Shown here: piece after piece, positions 8,944 to 15,686 of the stretch
Layout: every line of letters starts with the position of its first letter
Position numbering within the stretch: position 1 is the first letter of the stretch
Source: Candidatus Thorarchaeota archaeon
Lineage (GTDB): Archaea; Asgardarchaeota; Thorarchaeia; Thorarchaeales; Thorarchaeaceae
Assembly (NCBI GenBank): GCA_048884785.1
Contig: JBHLQM010000057.1
Location: 1 to 19,284, forward strand
Direction: 5' to 3'
Length of the DNA stretch: 19,284 bases
The notes under the pieces: model-generated
The model's input: only the letters and a program-made list of their open reading frames with translations
What the model was told of the DNA's origin: nothing
Database searches by the model: none
Translations under genes and position numbers: made by a program

Positions 8944-9573
8944 TTGACAGAGTCTTACTCAGATGATGAAGGAGTATTCTTGGTTCAGTTGGCTAGGAGG
9001 ACTGTCGATGCAGTTGTATCTGGAAAGCAAAAACCTGACATTCCTCATAGTACTCCTAAACACCTTACAGAGAAGTCCGGAGTTTTTGTCACTCTGAATA
9101 CACTTTCAGGAAAGGGAGTGAGCCTACGAGGGTGTATTGGACGGCCATACCCAAGTCAGCCACTGGTTGAAGCCACAATAGATTCAGCTGTTGATTCGGC
9201 AATGAATGACCCTCGCTTTCATCGAGTCAGAGTGGATGAGCTTACTTCAATTGTTGTGGAATTGAGCGTACTTACACCTCCAGTAAAACTCCAGTACTCG
9301 AATCCAAAGGATCTCCTCAATATTGTCAAGGTTGGACGGGATGGACTAATTGCCATTCGAGGGATGTATCGAGGTCTTCTCTTGCCTCAGGTTCCCATCG
9401 AGTGGGGATGGGATACAAAGGAGTTTCTTGAACACACCTGTAACAAAGCCGGACTTCCTACTAATGCATGGATGGACAAAGGCACAGAGTTTATGGCGTT
9501 CCAAGCAGAGATATTTGGTGAAAAAACCCCTAGCGGCGAGATTGTTCGCAATCCAGAACATCTAAGATGCTAG
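8944..9573 (+). CDS. AMMECR1-domain protein (AmmeMemoRadiSam protein A-like)
   Basis: GVFVTL, LRGCIG signature, DPRF, ELSVLT, GRDGL, GLLLPQV and KAGL. TTG start with AGGTGG SD. Confidence 0.92.
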   Translation: MTESYSDDEGVFLVQLARRTVDAVVSGKQKPDIPHSTPKHLTEKSGVFVTLNTLSGKGVSLRGCIGRPYPSQPLVEATIDSAVDSAMNDPRFHRVRVDELTSIVVELSVLTPPVKLQYSNPKDLLNIVKVGRDGLIAIRGMYRGLLLPQVPIEWGWDTKEFLEHTCNKAGLPTNAWMDKGTEFMAFQAEIFGEKTPSGEIVRNPEHLRC

Positions 9574-9582
9574 AAAGGAGAC

Positions 9583-10452
9583 TTGGCAGAGATGAACGAT
9601 CCTCCACCGGAAGTCATTGAGCAACTCAAAGCATTTCTAAAAGAAGATGTCAGATCAGGTGATATAACAACTAATGCAATGGAGCCACTAGAAGGAAATG
9701 CGAATGCCAGGATTTACGCCAAGGAGAAATCCCTCGTTGCAGGAGTTGAAGAAATCGCTGCCATTGCGAAATTTTCAGGTCTACAATGCGAGGTTCTTGT
9801 GTTCGAAGGAAATTGGGTTGAGCCGGGGCAGACTGTCATTAAGTTGACTGGACCTGCGAAGACCTTGTTGATAGTTGAGCGACTATGCTTGAACATAATA
9901 ATGCGGATGAGCGGTATCGCTACAAAGACTTACAGAATGGTCCAAGCTGCACGACGCGGCAATGCGGATGTCAGAGTTGCTGCCACTAGAAAAACGACAC
10001 CTGGATTCAGGTATTTTGAAAAAAGAGCTGTAAAAGTGGGCGGTGGAGATAGTCATAGGTATGCCTTGGACGACATGGTTTTGATAAAGAACAACCACAT
10101 TGACGTTGTAGGCGGAGTTGGTCAGGCAATACGACTTGCCCGTAAGGCGGTATCATTCTCGAAAAAGATATCATGTGAGGCAAGAAACTTGGATGAAGCA
10201 CTGGAAGCTGTGAGGGCAGGTGCTGATATTATACTACTTGACAATTTCAGTCCTGAAAAGGTCCATGAGTGTGATGCTCTACTGAAAGAGAAGGAGTTGA
10301 GGGATAGAGTTCTTTTGGAGATCTCAGGAGGTATTGACGAAACCAATATCACAGCCTATGCGGGAAGTGGTATAGATATCATATCTTCGGGAGCGTTGAC
10401 CCACTCATACAAATCGTCTGACTACAGTATGAAGATAACTCTCGACAAGTAG
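9583..10452 (+). CDS. nadC: Quinolinate phosphoribosyltransferase (carboxylating nicotinate-nucleotide pyrophosphorylase)
   Basis: ED..GDITT, ER..LN, MSGIAT, TRKTTPG, HR..LDD, ILLDN and EISGG motifs. Confidence 0.93.
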   Translation: MAEMNDPPPEVIEQLKAFLKEDVRSGDITTNAMEPLEGNANARIYAKEKSLVAGVEEIAAIAKFSGLQCEVLVFEGNWVEPGQTVIKLTGPAKTLLIVERLCLNIIMRMSGIATKTYRMVQAARRGNADVRVAATRKTTPGFRYFEKRAVKVGGGDSHRYALDDMVLIKNNHIDVVGGVGQAIRLARKAVSFSKKISCEARNLDEALEAVRAGADIILLDNFSPEKVHECDALLKEKELRDRVLLEISGGIDETNITAYAGSGIDIISSGALTHSYKSSDYSMKITLDK

Positions 10453-10474
10453 GAAATTCATAAAGAAGCAAAAT

Positions 10475-10552
10475 TGGTGCCCCAGCCGGGATTTGAACCC
10501 GGGTCATAGAATCGAAAGTCCTAGATGCTGGGCCGGTCTACACTACTGGGGC
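10475..10552 (-). tRNA. tRNA-Glu(UUC), CCA encoded, no intron
   Basis: Reverse complement folds as GCCCCAG/CTGGGGC acceptor, TAGGA-CT TTC GA-TTCTA anticodon arm, CCGGG-TTCAAAT-CCCGG T arm, and ends ACCA. Confidence 0.96.
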
Positions 10553-10578
10553 TTATCCGCTCCGGCCACCCAAGTCTG

Positions 10579-10586
10579 TTATTAAG
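10579..10586 (-). promoter_or_regulatory. TATA box (CTTAATAA) of tRNA-Glu
   Basis: About 27 nt upstream of the mature tRNA 5' end. Confidence 0.6.
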
Positions 10587-10604
10587 ATTGTGTAGGTTGC
10601 ATTT

Positions 10605-10976
10605 CTAGGATTGATCTATGGCTCTGGTTGTGACTGGTTCCCTCAGCTCCTTTATTTTATCTGCTCGCATCAGTTCCTTCATTCCTGATAGGATTCTGTA
10701 TGGACTTGGCTCACTTCCCAAATGACATACTCCAGGAAAGGACTGCATGACAAAGGACCTTAGATCTGATTCTGTGGGAACTCCTGATATAGTGCAGTTC
10801 CCAGAAACCAGAGTTGGTACCATCATGATATCATAGGCTTCGGCTATGAATTCATGACGTTCAACATCAATTACATGGAGGTTTGCCTGAATTGCAAAAT
10901 CCTTCAGCTCTTCTTCGAGCATAGTTCTCACTACATCGCACCATGTACAATTCTCAGATGTGAAGAAGAGTATCGT
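10605..10976 (-). CDS. Thioredoxin-fold protein (CTWC active site) with probable non-standard start
   Basis: The frame stays open upstream of the track's GTG 10931 and encodes ILFFTSENCTWCDV. Downstream AYDIMMVPTLV is the cis-Pro loop. Exact start is uncertain (ACG 10976 or ATA 10973). Confidence 0.8.
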   Translation of the reverse strand, partial: TILFFTSENCTWCDVVRTMLEEELKDFAIQANLHVIDVERHEFIAEAYDIMMVPTLVSGNCTISGVPTESDLRSFVMQSFPGVCHLGSEPSPYRILSGMKELMRADKIKELREPVTTRAIDQS

Positions 10977-11128
10977 ATTCTTCCACCTCTAACGTTTATC
11001 CGTGGTCCCTCTTACTGAATTTAAGGTCGGATGAAGCAGAGTCGAACGCAGTACAATAAATTGCAGCTATTATACGTACTATGGGCCAATTTTGAATATG
11101 GACGGCCTTTACGTATCCTCTACACAAC

Positions 11129-11136
11129 CTTAATAT
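11129..11136 (+). promoter_or_regulatory. TATA box (CTTAATAT) of the CAU tRNA
   Basis: About 28 nt upstream of the tRNA 5' end; nearly the same box as the tRNA-Glu promoter. Confidence 0.6.
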
Positions 11137-11163
11137 CAAGAACAAGAAGTCAATGAAAACGCG

Positions 11164-11270
11164 GGGCCCGTAGCTCAGCTTGGTAGAGCAGCAGGCTCAT
11201 AACCTGTATGCTTGATGAATTCCATCAGGCAGGGGAACGGTCGGGCGTTCAAATCGCCCCGGGCCCACCA
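11164..11270 (+). tRNA. tRNA with CAU anticodon, probably tRNA-Ile2 (agmatidine type; elongator Met not excluded), with a 30-nt intron; CCA encoded
   Basis: GGGCCCG/CGGGCCC acceptor, GCTC/GAGC D stem, GCAGG-CT CAT AA-CCTGT anticodon arm, GGGCG-TTCAAAT-CGCCC T arm, ACCA. G1-C72 and lack of three consecutive G-C anticodon-stem pairs argue against initiator; the GGGCCC acceptor is typical of archaeal Ile tRNAs. Confidence 0.9.
11208..11237 (+). other. Putative tRNA intron at position 43/44
   Basis: Removal gives a normal 77-nt tRNA with variable loop CGGTC. Internal 9-bp hairpin TGCTTGATG/CATCAGGCA; relaxed BHB-like junctions GT^A and AA^C. Confidence 0.75.
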
Positions 11271-11302
11271 CGACTTATTGCTGATTTTGATGCGAATTTC
11301 TT

Positions 11303-11992
11303 CTATATAGAGGACTTGTTCCTATATAGTTTCGACAAACGGTTTAGTATCAGTGCTCCAAGCAACATGTCAATCATGAAACTCAAGTTCCTGAATACGA
11401 GAAATGAACTCTCTACAACTGCAATGGATCCCAGCCCAACATAGAGAGCGACCAGAATTGCCAGCAGAATTTTGTATAATCTCAGATCTATTGTGTCATC
11501 CAAGGTCAACAGCAACATAATAACAAATATCATGCCAGCCATATAGCTGGTCAAATCTTTGATGGCGGTAAGAGACCAAAGTGTTGCGAAGAATAGTCCA
11601 TCAGGGGTCCAACCGTTCGGAACTCCAGTATATAGCGCAACATGAAACGCATTCTCGATCATGTCGCATATTCCAGTTGTCAGACCCAGTAGAAATCCGA
11701 GTTTGGAGAAAAACCCATCACCATCGCGAATGAGAATGAAAATTCCATAGAATACTCCGATATATCCTATAATGAAGAAAGTATCAACAACAATACCTGT
11801 GAGTCCCAGATACAAATCATTGATTTGCGCGGCCAAAAGGGAGTCAATTATTGTCTGAGGATTCGTGGCTTCATGGAACTGACCTCCAGCTGGATCCAAT
11901 ACTGTTCCTACAGCCATTACTATTGTCATGAGGAAACCAATGAATACAAACACTGAGGCAGTCCTGAGTTGAGTGGCGATATTCTCATTCAA
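11303..11992 (-). CDS. Hypothetical membrane protein with about six TM segments (possibly DUF4386-like)
   Basis: 229 aa with about six hydrophobic helices, including intramembrane DTFF and CDMIEN. No confident family. Confidence 0.7.
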   Translation of the reverse strand: MNENIATQLRTASVFVFIGFLMTIVMAVGTVLDPAGGQFHEATNPQTIIDSLLAAQINDLYLGLTGIVVDTFFIIGYIGVFYGIFILIRDGDGFFSKLGFLLGLTTGICDMIENAFHVALYTGVPNGWTPDGLFFATLWSLTAIKDLTSYMAGMIFVIMLLLTLDDTIDLRLYKILLAILVALYVGLGSIAVVESSFLVFRNLSFMIDMLLGALILNRLSKLYRNKSSI

Positions 11993-12174
11993 TCTAGGGA
12001 TTCTCCAAGGGTGATTTCCATTGACCTCTTCACTGCTCTCATATATAGTATACGACCCTGTCTTCAGACTGCCCAGATTGATGCAAGGAGTTAGAACACG
12101 TGTTCTTGATTAGATATACAGCAAGGGCCAAATAGTGAGTAGTATATTTGCAAAATACTTGGAGAGGAAAATGG

Positions 12175-12957
12175 TTGCAGGTCGTCATAGACACAATCTC
12201 AATGGGAATCCTTGCGAGTCTTCTAGCAGGAACTGCTACTGGAATCGGAGCTATACCGATTCTCTTCAAATCTGATTTTAGTCGACGATCTTTGGATTTG
12301 ATGCTTGGACTAGCCGCCGGAGTAATGCTGGCGGCTTCAGCATTCAGTCTACTTGTTCCTGCTATAGATCTGATGACGGATTGGACAGGAATCCTATCTG
12401 TTGTGTCCTTTGGATTTCTTTTGGGGTGCGTCTTCATTCATATTGCTGACAAGTATATTCCTCATGCACACTTTCAGAAAGGTGAAGAAGGCCCGTCATC
12501 GTCAATGGCCAAGGTATGGTTGCTAGTCCTAGCCATTACCATACATAACTTTCCAGAAGGGCTGGCCGTCGGTGTTTCGTTTGGAGGCGGAGAGATAGTG
12601 ACAGGTGTTTCTGTTGCCGTCGCAATTGGACTTCAGAATATTCCTGAGGGATTGGCAGTCGCAGCCCCTTTGGTACGAGAAGGATATTCCAAGTGGTATG
12701 CAGGTGGACTTGCGCTTTTTACTGGACTTGTTGAGCCTATAGGAGGCCTATTGGGAGTCACAGTTGTTACATTCGCTGGTTTTCTACTTCCATATGGACT
12801 TGCATTTGCAGCTGGAGCAATGATCTTTGTCATTGGCGAGGAGATGGTGCCAGAGAGCCATGCAGGAGGGAATGCAAGACTTGCCACTTGGGGACTCATA
12901 GTTGGGTTCGTCATCATGATGACCTTAGATAACATCTTCACATTCCTTTTTGCCTGA
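12175..12957 (+). CDS. ZIP (ZupT/GufA-type) divalent metal transporter
   Basis: GLAAGVML, PHAH, AITIHNFPEGLAVG, LQNIPEG, GLVEP and AAGAMIFV motifs. Start placed at TTG 12175 behind GGAGAGG (track start 12148). Confidence 0.93.
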   Translation: MQVVIDTISMGILASLLAGTATGIGAIPILFKSDFSRRSLDLMLGLAAGVMLAASAFSLLVPAIDLMTDWTGILSVVSFGFLLGCVFIHIADKYIPHAHFQKGEEGPSSSMAKVWLLVLAITIHNFPEGLAVGVSFGGGEIVTGVSVAVAIGLQNIPEGLAVAAPLVREGYSKWYAGGLALFTGLVEPIGGLLGVTVVTFAGFLLPYGLAFAAGAMIFVIGEEMVPESHAGGNARLATWGLIVGFVIMMTLDNIFTFLFA

Positions 12958-13029
12958 TGAAAAGGACATAACATTGTTAAGGTTGAATGTCGCGGATTGT
13001 CGTGCGAATGGTTGCGGACTTGCACGCTT

Positions 13030-13722
13030 ATGGTAGACCTCATGAGGATAGTGCGAATGAGAGAACTTTCCAGACAGCGCAACACATCAAATAGAAACAA
13101 TGACTTGCATCAGATTCAGCACATCATAGTATCACTCTCTAATAGTGGTCTAGCGATTTTTCACAAGTCCTTTTCAAGTGTGAAAATTGACCCAGATCTA
13201 TTCAGTGCCCTTTTTACCGCAGTTTCTATGATGAATAGAATTTATGTGGGGCAGGGTGAAGCCTATGAAGTATTACAGTTCGACAAATGGACTGCCAAAA
13301 TATGTCAGGGTCAGTATCTGACAGGAATTATTCTCTCAGACATAGCAGTTGTTGATGAGATTGTGGGTAGGCTTGAACGGTTTGTATTGGCTTTCGAGCA
13401 TGAATATGGATTTCTTCTCCATAATTGGCATGGCGATAGAACATTCTTTGATCACGACTGGGCCAATTTCCAGCTAATGGAATGCCTGGTTTCGAACGAG
13501 TCGAATTATAGATTGAATGACAGAGCTATTAGATTGCTAGAAAATGCTCGACAAATTCGTGTGTTTCAACTCATAAGACGGTATGCTGGCGGCACTTACT
13601 TCAGAATTGAGGCCTTGGCGGATAGATTGGTATCTGAGCTAGACATATCAAAAGGACATGCAATGGACTATCTATCTGAGCTGATAGAAAACGAGATTAT
13701 AATTCCTATCGAGGGCAAGTAA
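13030..13722 (+). CDS. Longin-like domain + C-terminal winged-helix protein
   Basis: HIIV..SGLAIF.KSF..IDPDLFSAL.TA...three strands...L..FV..FE..Y..L.NW.GD..F is the pattern of Asgard longin domains. The C-terminus IEALADRL..ELDIS...DYLSELIENEIIIP is wHTH-like. Start uncertain (13030, 13042 or 13057). Confidence 0.65.
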   Translation: MVDLMRIVRMRELSRQRNTSNRNNDLHQIQHIIVSLSNSGLAIFHKSFSSVKIDPDLFSALFTAVSMMNRIYVGQGEAYEVLQFDKWTAKICQGQYLTGIILSDIAVVDEIVGRLERFVLAFEHEYGFLLHNWHGDRTFFDHDWANFQLMECLVSNESNYRLNDRAIRLLENARQIRVFQLIRRYAGGTYFRIEALADRLVSELDISKGHAMDYLSELIENEIIIPIEGK

Positions 13723-13833
13723 ATGTGTCCACATTCGGTACCTTCAATAGACATGGATATTATGTAAATTCCATGGTGATGTTTAGCGAAACGTCACTTG
13801 CCTTTTCACAACAATTACAGCTTGGTGATGTTT

Positions 13834-14493
13834 ATGGAAGTAAAGAGATCAATCTGCTGTCGAGAATTAAAGAAGACCGAAGTAGTGGGATCAATGGGAG
13901 AGCCCCTTGGACGCATTGGCGACATGACCTTCAAGTTTGATGGCAATTTGAAACTCTCACAGTTCATTCTTGTAGGACGAGTCTTTGAAGAATTACTTGA
14001 GTCACTGAGAGTCAGAAAAGACTACGACCCTGTGTTCGATGCTTCAATGATTAAAAGAATGGATGAGAAGATTCACCTTACCACATCAAAAAACAATCTC
14101 AGAGCAAGTATCGAGAAGGGAGCAATAGGTAGTGATGAAATTAGACTCTCAAAACTTACGAAATTAAGAATCTTGGACAAAAACGGATTGTCTGTTGGAA
14201 AGGCTATTGATGTGGATTTTGATGTTGATGGATCCGCATCGCTGATAGTCGGAGGCGGCTTCTTCGAGGAAAAACTTGAAGCATTTGGCTTGAAAGCAGA
14301 TGTAGATATTATTGTCCCAAGCAGAGTCATTGAGAGTATAGGGGATGTAATTCGGCTCAGTGTGGGAAAAGAAGAGCTAGCACTTACGATGGAAGAAGCT
14401 ATTAAGTCCTCGACTAAGAAGAAAGCAAAAGACACAATGATTAATCAACGTGAGGTTTCGAGAGTGCAGCTCTTTGCTCAAAGACCTAGGTAG
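13834..14493 (+). CDS. Tandem PRC-barrel domain protein, copy A (219 aa)
   Basis: Two repeats of the PRC pattern (EVVGSMGEPLGRIGDMTF; LSKL..LRILDKNGLSVGKAIDVDFD...IIVP...IESIGDVIRL). ATG 13834 has SD GGTGA and aligns with the copy B start. Confidence 0.82.
   Translation: MEVKRSICCRELKKTEVVGSMGEPLGRIGDMTFKFDGNLKLSQFILVGRVFEELLESLRVRKDYDPVFDASMIKRMDEKIHLTTSKNNLRASIEKGAIGSDEIRLSKLTKLRILDKNGLSVGKAIDVDFDVDGSASLIVGGGFFEEKLEAFGLKADVDIIVPSRVIESIGDVIRLSVGKEELALTMEEAIKSSTKKKAKDTMINQREVSRVQLFAQRPR
14218..14283 (+). repeat. 66-bp near-identical direct repeat (copy 1) inside PRC gene A
   Basis: 64/66 identical to 16071-16136. Confidence 0.9.
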
Positions 14494-14566
14494 GATACTA
14501 AGTCGATTGAGATTGTAAGCGAAGATTGATTTTGGGTATATCATATACACAAACCGCAGATCTACA

Positions 14567-15562
14567 ATGTCGATTGATTTTGTCTTGGCGAGCGGCGCGG
14601 AGCACCTGAAACAGAGTCTTTTAGATCGAGGGTTTAAAGTCTATACCTCGGATACCAATCATGATGGCAAGAGGTTCTTTCCAAACTCAGACATCTATGT
14701 CAGGCTTTCAGATGTTTCCAAGCTCTCAAATGAAAATGTAGTAGTGATTCAGAGCTGTACTGGCTCTTCACCAGATGAGGAGGAAACATTCACAACTGCA
14801 GATCGTGTGCAAGAGTTGATGCTCATTCTTAGCATCCTCAGAAATCCGATTAATGTGAAAAAAACAGGCCACAAGAAATACGAAACAAATGAACTAAAGC
14901 CGCCTGCAAGAATAGAAGTAGTCCTTACCCTACAACCCTATGCATTACAGGATAAACCCTTCAAGACTGGGGAAACTGCATCGTCTTTTCATGCCACTAG
15001 AGCCATTGCAGACGCCTGTGATAGATTATGGCTTGTGTCACCCATTGTAACAAAAGACACTGATTGGGCTGCCCAGATGAGTGAAATGGGGAAATACTCA
15101 GAAATTGATATTGTGAAGGAGATAGTAGACTTTGGGGCCAGTAAGTTCGAATTTGATGAATATGTCATTGTAGCTCCAGATGAGGGAGCTCAGAATCGCT
15201 TTGGTGTACCAGGCTTGAGAAAGCAGCGCACTGATTCTTTCACTATCGAGCTATCTGGGCAGCTAGAGGTCAGAGGAAAAAATGTCATTGTAATAGATGA
15301 TTTGACAAAGACTGGAGGAACGCTCCTACAATCACGAGAAATTCTTTTGGAACAAGGAGCAAAGGATGTAGGACTTATTGTTCTTCATGTCACACCAATT
15401 AAGGATGATGGAGAAAGACTACTGGAAGAATTGATTGTGCGAAGTGAACAAAAGGTAGTCACATCAAATACAGTTTATTCTTCAACATTCATTGACAGGC
15501 ATAGGGATCTCACTTTTGACATAGTGAGCAAAGTAATAGAAACTCTCAAAAAAATCAGTTAG
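14567..15562 (+). CDS. Divergent ribose-phosphate pyrophosphokinase (PRS)-like protein
   Basis: FPNSDIYVRL, VIQS, PY..QD, VAPDEGA, KQR and VIDDLTKTGGTL (ribose-5-P/PRPP loop). Several ATP/Mg-site residues are altered, so it is not called prs. Confidence 0.8.
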   Translation: MSIDFVLASGAEHLKQSLLDRGFKVYTSDTNHDGKRFFPNSDIYVRLSDVSKLSNENVVVIQSCTGSSPDEEETFTTADRVQELMLILSILRNPINVKKTGHKKYETNELKPPARIEVVLTLQPYALQDKPFKTGETASSFHATRAIADACDRLWLVSPIVTKDTDWAAQMSEMGKYSEIDIVKEIVDFGASKFEFDEYVIVAPDEGAQNRFGVPGLRKQRTDSFTIELSGQLEVRGKNVIVIDDLTKTGGTLLQSREILLEQGAKDVGLIVLHVTPIKDDGERLLEELIVRSEQKVVTSNTVYSSTFIDRHRDLTFDIVSKVIETLKKIS

Positions 15563-15686
15563 ACTTTTGTTGAATTTTGAATATAGAAAAAGACTTTTGA
15601 CAAATTCTTTAGGTAATGTGACACCAATTCGAAGCTGAACAAGCACACGATCCCTCACAAGATTGGAAACAATGAGAGGAATTGAC

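Noticed and set aside
4136-10352. Short antisense or out-of-frame ORFs within rqcH, CBS, pyrC, AMMECR1 and nadC
   Set aside because: They overlap conserved genes and have no recognisable features.
2153-10976. KaiB/KaiC circadian clock (KaiC-like ATPase plus thioredoxin-fold protein)
   Set aside because: The ATPase is single-domain, the genes are ~7.7 kb apart, and the small protein has a redox-type CxxC.
10605-10991. Selenocysteine or pyrrolysine read-through in the thioredoxin-like gene
   Set aside because: Both active-site codons are Cys (TGT/TGC). The upstream TAG overlaps the SD just downstream of a TATA-like box, so a non-standard start explains it more simply.
11208-11444. 78-aa ORF starting at the first base of the tRNA insertion
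   Set aside because: It runs through the tRNA 3' half and antisense into the next gene; the ATG at the intron start is most likely chance.
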